Positions 55,680 to 64,000 of a DNA stretch of 64,000 nucleotides are shown here, in pieces (positions within the stretch are counted from its first letter, which is position 1; each line of letters opens with the position of its first letter). Position numbers and translations under genes: made by a program. Source of the stretch: Eledone cirrhosa. Lineage: Eukaryota. The stretch covers positions 14,570,001 through 14,634,000 of the forward strand of contig OZ024744.1 of NCBI GenBank assembly GCA_964016885.1, in the 5' to 3' direction. A model generated the notes under the pieces. It had not been told where the DNA came from. It saw only the letters and a program-made list of their open reading frames with translations, and did no database searches.

Positions 55680-58600
55680 CTCTAACCACTAAGCCATGTT
55701 CCTCCATTGCAAGGCCAATGCTCTAACCACTAAGTCATGTTCCTCCATTGCAAAGCCAATGCTCTAACCACTAAGCCATGTGCCACCATTGCAAGGCCAA
55801 TGCTCTAACCACTAAACCATCTGCCTCCGTTGCAAGGCCAATGCTCTAACCACTAAGCCATCTGCCTCCATTGCAAGGCCAATGCTCTAACCACTAAGCC
55901 ATGTGCCTCCATTGCAAGGCCAATGCTCTAACCAATAAGCCATGTGCCTCCATTGCAAGGCCAATGCTCTAACCACTAAGTCATGTGCCTCCATTGCAAG
56001 GCCAATGCTCTAACCACTAAGCCATGTATCTCCATTGCAAGGCCAATGCTCTAACCACTAAGCCATGTGCCTCCATTGCAAGGCCAATGCTCTAACCACT
56101 AAGACATGTGCCTCCATTGAAAGTCCAATGCTCTAACCACTAAGCCATGTATCTCCATTGCAAGGCCAATGATCTAACCACTAAGCCATGTGCCTCCATT
56201 GCAAGGCCAATGCTCTAACCACTAAGTCATGTGCCTCCATTGCAAGGCCAATGCTCTAACCACTAAGCCATGTGCCTCCATTGCAAGGACAATGCTCTAA
56301 CCACTAAGCCATGTGCCTCCATTGCAAGGCCAATGCTCTAACCACTAAACCATCTGCCTCCATTGCGAGGCCAATGCTCTAACCACTAAGTCATGTGCCT
56401 CCATTGTAAGGCCAATGCTCTAACCACTAAGCCATGTGCCTCCATTGCAAGGCCAATACTCTAACCACTAAGTCATGTGCCTCCATTGCAAGGCCAATGC
56501 TCTAACCACTAAGTCATGTGCCTCCATTGCAAGGTCAATGCTCTAACCACTAAGTCATGTGCCTCCATTGCAAGGCCAATGCTCTAACCACTAAGTCATG
56601 TGCCTCCATTGCAAGGCCAATGCTCTAACCACTAAGTCATGTGCCTCCATTGCAAGGCCAATGCTCTAACCACTAAGCCATGTGCCTCCATTGCAAGGCC
56701 AATACTCTAACCACTAAGTCATGTGCCTCCATTGCAAGGCCAATGCTCTAACCACTAAGTCATGTGCCTCCATTGTAAGGTCAATGCTCTAACCACTAAG
56801 TCATGTGCCTCCATTGCAAGGCCAATGCTCTAACCACTAAGCCATGTGCCTCCATTGCAAGGTCAATGCTCTAACCACTAAGCCATGTGCCTCCACTGCA
56901 AGGCCAATGCTCTAACCACTAAGTCATGTGCCTCCATTGCAAGGCCAATGCTCTAACCACTAAGTCATGTGCCTCCATTGCAAGGCCAATGCTCTAACCA
57001 CTAAGCCATGTGCCTCCATTGCAAGGCCAATGCTCTAACCACTAAGCCATGTGCCTCCATTGCAAGGCCAATGCTCTAACCACTAAGCCATGTGCTTCCA
57101 TTGCAAGGCCAATGGTCTAACCACTAAGCCATGTGCCTCCATTGCAAGGCCAATGTTCTAACCACTAAGCCATGTGCCTCCATTGCAAGGCCAATGCTCT
57201 AACCACTAAGCCATGTGCCTCCATTGCAAGGCCAATGCTCTAACCACTAAGACATGTGCCTCCATTGAAAGTCCAATGCTCTAACCACTAAGCCATGTAT
57301 CTCCATTGCAAGGCCAATCTTCTAACCACGAAGCCATGTGCCTCCATTGCAAGGCCAATGCTCTAACCACTAAGTCATGTGCCTCCATTGCAAGGCCAAT
57401 GCACTAACCACTAAGCCATGTGCCTCCATTGCAAGGCCAATGCTCTAACCACTAAACCATCTGCCTCCATTGCGAGGCCAATGCTCTAACCACTAAGCCA
57501 TGTGCCTCCATTGCAAGGCCAATGCTCTAACCACTAAGCCATGTGCCTCCACTGCAAGGCCAATGCTCTAACCACTAAGTCATGTGCCTCCATTGCAAGG
57601 CCAATGCTCTAACCACTAAGCCATGTGCCTCCATTGCAAGGCCAATGTTCTAACCACTAAGTCATGTGCCTCCATTGCAAGGCCAATGCTCTAACCACTA
57701 AGTCATGTGCCTCCATTGCAAGGCCAATGCTCTAACCACTAAACCATCTGCCTCCATTGCAAGGCCAATGCACTAACCACTAAGCCATGTGCCTCCATTG
57801 CAAGGCCAATACTCTAACCACTAAGTCATATGCCTCCATTGCAAGGTCAATGCTCTTACCACTAAGTCATGTGCCTCCATTGCAAGGCCAATGCTCTAAT
57901 CACTAAGCCATGTGCCTCCATTGCAAGGCCAATGCTCTAACCACTAAACCATCTGCCTCCATTGCAAGGCCAATGCTCTAACCACTAAGTCATGTGCCTC
58001 CATTGCAAGGCCAATGCTCTAACCACTAAGCCATGTGCCTCCATTGCAAGGCCAATGCTCTAATCGCTAAGCCATGTGCCTCCATTGCAAGGCCAATGCT
58101 CTAACCACTAAGCCATGTGCCTCCACTTCAAGGCCAATGCTCTAACCACTAAGTCATGTGCCTCCATTGCAAGGCCAATGCTCTAACCACTAAGCCATGT
58201 GCCTCCATTGCTAGGCCAATGTTCTAACCACTAAGTCATGTGCCTCCATTGCAAGGCCAATGCTCTAACCACTAAGTCATGTGCCTCCATTGCAAGGCCA
58301 ATGCTCTAACCACTAAACCATCTGCCTCCATTGCGAGGCCAATGCTCTAACCACTAAGTCATGTGCCTCCATTGCAAGGCCAATGCTCTAACCACTAAGC
58401 CATGTGCCTCCATTGTAAGGCCAATACTCTAACCACTAAGCCATGTTCCTCCATTGCAAGGCCAATGCTCTAACCACTAAGTCATGTTCCTCCATTGCAA
58501 AGCCAATGCTCTAACCACTAAGCCATGTGCCACCATTGCAAGGCCAATGCTCTAACCACTAAACCATCTGCCTCCGTTGCAAGGCCAATGCTCTAACCAC

Positions 58601-61187
58601 TAAGCCATCTGCCTCCATTGCAAGGCCAATGCTCTAACCACTAAGCCATGTGCCTCCATTGCAAGGCCAATGCTCTAACCAATAAGCCATGTGCCTCCAT
58701 TGCAAGGCCAATGCTCTAACCACTAAGTCATGTGCCTCCATTGCAAGGCCAATGCTCTAACCACTAAGCCATGTATCTCCATTGCAAGGCCAATGCTCTA
58801 ACCACTAAGCCATGTGCCTCCATTGCAAGGCCAATGCTCTAACCACTAAGACATGTGCCTCCATTGAAAGTCCAATGCTCTAACCACTAAGCCATGTATC
58901 TCCATTGCAAGGCCAATGATCTAACCACTAAGCCATGTGCCTCCATTGCAAGGCCAATGCTCTAACCACTAAGTCATGTGCCTCCATTGCAAGGCCAATG
59001 CTCTAACCACTAAGCCATGTGCCTCCATTGCAAGGACAATGCTCTAACCACTAAGCCATGTGCCTCCATTGCAAGGCCAATGCTCTAACCACTAAACCAT
59101 CTGCCTCCATTGCGAGGCCAATGCTCTAACCACTAAGTCATGTGCCTCCATTGTAAGGCCAATGCTCTAACCACTAAGCCATGTGCCTCCATTGCAAGGC
59201 CAATACTCTAACCACTAAGTCATGTGCCTCCATTGCAAGGCCAATGCTCTAACCACTAAGTCATGTGCCTCCATTGCAAGGTCAATGCTCTAACCACTAA
59301 GTCATGTGCCTCCATTGCAAGGCCAATGCTCTAACCACTAAGTCATGTGCCTCCATTGCAAGGCCAATGCTCTAACCACTAAGTCATGTGCCTCCATTGC
59401 AAGGCCAATGCTCTAACCACTAAGCCATGTGCCTCCATTGCAAGGCCAATACTCTAACCACTAAGTCATGTGCCTCCATTGCAAGGCCAATGCTCTAACC
59501 ACTAAGTCATGTGCCTCCATTGTAAGGTCAATGCTCTAACCACTAAGTCATGTGCCTCCATTGCAAGGCCAATGCTCTAACCACTAAGCCATGTGCCTCC
59601 ATTGCAAGGTCAATGCTCTAACCACTAAGCCATGTGCCTCCACTGCAAGGCCAATGCTCTAACCACTAAGTCATGTGCCTCCATTGCAAGGCCAATGCTC
59701 TAACCACTAAGTCATGTGCCTCCATTGCAAGGCCAATGCTCTAACCACTAAGCCATGTGCCTCCATTGCAAGGCCAATGCTCTAACCACTAAGCCATGTG
59801 CCTCCATTGCAAGGCCAATGCTCTAACCACTAAGCCATGTGCTTCCATTGCAAGGCCAATGGTCTAACCACTAAGCCATGTGCCTCCATTGCAAGGCCAA
59901 TGTTCTAACCACTAAGCCATGTGCCTCCATTGCAAGGCCAATGCTCTAACCACTAAGCCATGTGCCTCCATTGCAAGGCCAATGCTCTAACCACTAAGAC
60001 ATGTGCCTCCATTGAAAGTCCAATGCTCTAACCACTAAGCCATGTATCTCCATTGCAAGGCCAATCTTCTAACCACGAAGCCATGTGCCTCCATTGCAAG
60101 GCCAATGCTCTAACCACTAAGTCATGTGCCTCCATTGCAAGGCCAATGCACTAACCACTAAGCCATGTGCCTCCATTGCAAGGCCAATGCTCTAACCACT
60201 AAACCATCTGCCTCCATTGCGAGGCCAATGCTCTAACCACTAAGCCATGTGCCTCCATTGCAAGGCCAATGCTCTAACCACTAAGCCATGTGCCTCCACT
60301 GCAAGGCCAATGCTCTAACCACTAAGTCATGTGCCTCCATTGCAAGGCCAATGCTCTAACCACTAAGCCATGTGCCTCCATTGCAAGGCCAATGTTCTAA
60401 CCACTAAGTCATGTGCCTCCATTGCAAGGCCAATGCTCTAACCACTAAGTCATGTGCCTCCATTGCAAGGCCAATGCTCTAACCACTAAACCATCTGCCT
60501 CCATTGCAAGGCCAATGCACTAACCACTAAGCCATGTGCCTCCATTGCAAGGCCAATACTCTAACCACTAAGTCATATGCCTCCATTGCAAGGTCAATGC
60601 TCTTACCACTAAGTCATGTGCCTCCATTGCAAGGCCAATGCTCTAATCACTAAGCCATGTGCCTCCATTGCAAGGCCAATGCTCTAACCACTAAACCATC
60701 TGCCTCCATTGCAAGGCCAATGCTCTAACCACTAAGTCATGTGCCTCCATTGCAAGGCCAATGCTCTAACCACTAAGCCATGTGCCTCCATTGCAAGGCC
60801 AATGCTCTAATCGCTAAGCCATGTGCCTCCATTGCAAGGCCAATGCTCTAACCACTAAGCCATGTGCCTCCACTTCAAGGCCAATGCTCTAACCACTAAG
60901 TCATGTGCCTCCATTGCAAGGCCAATGCTCTAACCACTAAGCCATGTGCCTCCATTGCTAGGCCAATGTTCTAACCACTAAGTCATGTGCCTCCATTGCA
61001 AGGCCAATGCTCTAACCACTAAGTCATGTGCCTCCATTGCAAGGCCAATGCTCTAACCACTAAACCATCTGCCTCCATTGCGAGGCCAATGCTCTAACCA
61101 CTAAGTCATGTGCCTCCATTGCAAGGCCAATGCTCTAACCACTAAGCCATGTGCCTCCATTGTAAGGCCAATACTCTAACCACTAAG
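55680..61187. repeat. Higher-order tandem duplication, 2747-bp unit (67 monomers), two apparently identical copies
   Basis: Private markers gatctaacc 56171/58918, aaccacgaag (g at 57330/60077), taatcgctaa 58061/60808 and cacttcaagg 58124/60871 are all offset by 2747 = 67 x 41. Confidence 0.94.
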
Positions 61188-64000
61188 TCATGTGCCTCCA
61201 TTGCAAGGCCAATGCTCTAACCACTAAGTCATGTGCCTCCATTGCAAGGTCAATGCTCTAACCACTAAGTCATGTGCCTCCATTGCAAGGCCAATGCTCT
61301 AACCACTAAGTCATGTGCCTCCATTGCAAGGCCAATGCTCTAACCACTAAGTCATGTGCCTCCATTGCAAGGCCAATGCTCTAACCACTAAGCCATGTGC
61401 CTCCATTGCAAGGCCAATACTCTAACCACTAAGTCATGTGCCTCCATTGCAAGGCCAATGCTCTAACCACTAAGTCATGTGCCTCCATTGTAAGGTCAAT
61501 GCTCTAACCACTAAGTCATGTGCCTCCATTGCAAGGCCAATGCTCTAACCACTAAGCCATGTGCCTCCATTGCAAGGTCAATGCTCTAACCACTAAGCCA
61601 TGTGCCTCCACTGCAAGGCCAATGCTCTAACCACTAAGTCATGTGCCTCCATTGCAAGGCCAATGCTCTAACCACTAAGTCATGTGCCTCCATTGCAAGG
61701 CCAATGCTCTAACCACTAAGCCATGTGCCTCCATTGCAAGGCCAATGCCTAACCACTAAGCCATGTGCCTCCATTGCAAGGCCAATGCTCTAACCACTAA
61801 GCCATGTGCTTCCATTGCAAGGCCAATGGTCTAACCACTAAGCCATGTGCCTCCATTGCAAGGCCAATGTTCTAACCACTAAGTCATGTGCCTCCATTGC
61901 AAGGCCAATGCTCTAACCACTAAGTCATGTGCCTCCATTGCAAGGCCAATGCTCTAACCACTAAACCATCTGCCTCCATTGCAAGGCCAATGCTCTAACC
62001 ACTAAGTCATGTGCCTCCATTGCAAGGCCAATGCTCTAACCAGTAAGCCATGTGCCTCCATTGCAAGGCCAATACTCTAACCACTAAGTCATGTGCCTCC
62101 AATGCAAGGCCAATGCTCTAACCACTAAGTCATGTGCCTCCATTGCAAGGTCAATGCTCTAACCACTAAGTCATGTGCCTCCATTGCAAGGACAATGCTC
62201 TAACCACTAAGTCATGTGCCTACATTGCAAGGCCAATGCTCTAACCACTAAGTCATGTGCCTCCATTGCAAGGCCAATGCTCTAACCACTAAGTCATGCG
62301 CCTCCATTGCAAGGCCAATGCTCTAACCACTAAGCCATGTGCCTCCATTGCAAGGCCAATGATCTAACCACTAAGCCATGTGCCTCCATTGCAAGGCCAA
62401 TTCTCTAACCACTAAGCCATGTGCCTCCATTGCAAGGCCAATGCTCTAACCACAAATCATGTGCCTCCATTGCAAGGCCAATGCTCTAACCACTAAGTCA
62501 TGTGCCTCCGTTGCAAGGCCAATGCTCTAACCACTAAACCATCTGCCTCCATTGCAAGGCCAATGCTCTAACCACTAAGCCATGTGCCTCCATTGTAAGG
62601 CCAATGCTCTAACCACTAAGCCATGTGCCTCCATTGCAAGGCCAATGCTCTAACAACTAAGCCATGTGCCTACATTGCAAGTCCAATGCTCTAACCACTA
62701 AGTCATGCGGCTCCATTGCAAGGCCAATGCTCTAACCACTAAGACATGTGCCTCCATTGAAAGTCCAATGCTCTAACCACTAAGCCATGTATCTCCATTG
62801 CAAGGCGAATCTTCTAACCACTAAGCCATGTGCCTCCATTGCAAGGCCAATGCTCTAACCACTAAGTCATGTGCCTCCATTGCAAGGCCAATGCACTAAC
62901 CACTAAGCCATGTGCCTCCATTGCAAGGCCAATGCTCTAACCACTAAACCATCTGCCTCCATTGCGAGGCCAATGCTCTAACCACTAAGCCATGTGCCTC
63001 CATTGCAAGGCCAATGCTCTAACCACTAAGCCATGTGCCTCCACTGCAAGGCCAATGCTCTAACCACTAAGTCATGTGCCTCCATTGCAAGGCCAATGCT
63101 CTAACCACTAAGCCATGTGCCTCCATTGCAAGGCCAATGTTCTAACCACTAATTCATGTGCCTCCATTGCAAGGCCAATGCTCTAACCACTAAGTCATGT
63201 GCCTCCATTGCAAGGCCAATGCTCTAACCACTAAACCATCTGCCTCCATTGCAAGGCCAATGTTCTAACCACTAAGTCATGTGCCTCCATTGCAAGGCCA
63301 ATGCTCTAACCACTAAGCCATGTGCCTCCATTGCAAGGCCAATACTCTAACCACTAAGTCATGTGCCTCCATTGCAAGGCCAATGCTCTAACCACTAAGT
63401 CATATGCCTCCATTTCAAGGTCAATGCTCTAACTACTAAGTCATGTGCCTCCATTGCAAGGCCAATGCTCTAACCACTAAGTCATGTGCCTCCATTGCAA
63501 GGCCAATGCTCTAACCACTAAGTCATGTGCCTCCATTACAAGGCCAATGCTCTAACCACTAAGCCATGTGCCTCCATTGCAAGGCCAATACTCTAACCAC
63601 TAAGTCATGTGCCTCCATTGCAAATCCAATGCTCTAACCTCTAAGTCATGTGCCTCCATTGTAAGATCAATGCTCTAACCACTAAGTCATGTGCCTCCAT
63701 TGCAAGGCCAATGCTCTAACCACTAAGTCATGTGCCTCCATTGCAAGGCCAATGCTCTAACCACTAAGTCATGTGCCTCCATTGCAAGGTCAATGCTCTA
63801 ACCACTAAGTCATGCGCCTCCATTGCAAGGCCAATGCTCTAACCACTAAGCCATGTGCCTCCATTGCAAGGCCAATGCTCTAATCACTAAGCCATGTGCC
63901 TCCATTGCAAGGCCAATGCTCTAACCACTAAACCATCTGCCTCCATTGCAAGGCCAATGCTCTACCCACTAAGTCATGTGCCTCCATTGCAAGGCCAATG

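Larger units (their letters stand above)
1..64000. repeat. 41-bp tandem satellite array, about 1,560 head-to-tail monomers, truncated by both window edges
   Basis: AACCACTAAG starts at 1, 42, 83 and so on (period 41). The consensus AACCACTAAG(C/T)CATGTGCCTCCATTGCAAGGCCAATGCTCT persists to 64000 with mostly 0-3 substitutions per copy and rare 1-bp indels. I saw no unique sequence or inversion. Confidence 0.99.

Noticed and set aside
1-64000. CRISPR array
   Set aside because: Units abut directly with no unique spacers, variation is limited to point substitutions, and there is no leader or cas gene.
1-64000. Repetitive protein-coding ORF
   Set aside because: 41 is not a multiple of 3 and each monomer carries two TAA on the plus strand and two TAG on the minus strand, so in consensus sequence every frame is stopped within each 123 bp.
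1-64000. Fixed-period higher-order repeat or a programmed diversification code
   Set aside because: Block sizes vary (20, 28, 30, 41, 61, 67 monomers) with shifting breakpoints, which fits ordinary unequal crossover and conversion. No associated enzyme gene or template is present.
1-64000. Species or centromere assignment
   Set aside because: The monomer does not match any named satellite I recognise, and there is no flanking unique sequence from which to infer taxon or chromosomal position.

Overview
The whole 64 kb window is one uninterrupted head-to-tail tandem array (satellite DNA) of a 41-bp monomer, about 1,560 copies, consensus AACCACTAAG(C/T)CATGTGCCTCCATTGCAAGGCCAATGCTCT, about 51% GC, all in the same orientation, running off both window ends. 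I found no genes, no meaningful ORFs, no CRISPR spacers and no inserted elements. The main observation is that the reverse complement of the monomer (GGAGGCACA-TGGCTTAGTGG-TTAGAGCATTGGC-CTTGCAA-T) reads as the 5' half of a eukaryotic tRNA or the head of a tRNA-derived SINE. It has an RNA polymerase III A box, a foldable D-arm, the 5' anticodon-stem strand and a canonical 7-nt anticodon loop, and it is cut off immediately after that loop. Diagnostic monomer variants show irregular higher-order duplications of 20, 28, 30, 41, 61 and 67 monomers, longer-range duplicated blocks, and two interleaved variant domains. Offsets were read by eye from marker variants, so block boundaries are approximate, and the organism cannot be determined from this window.
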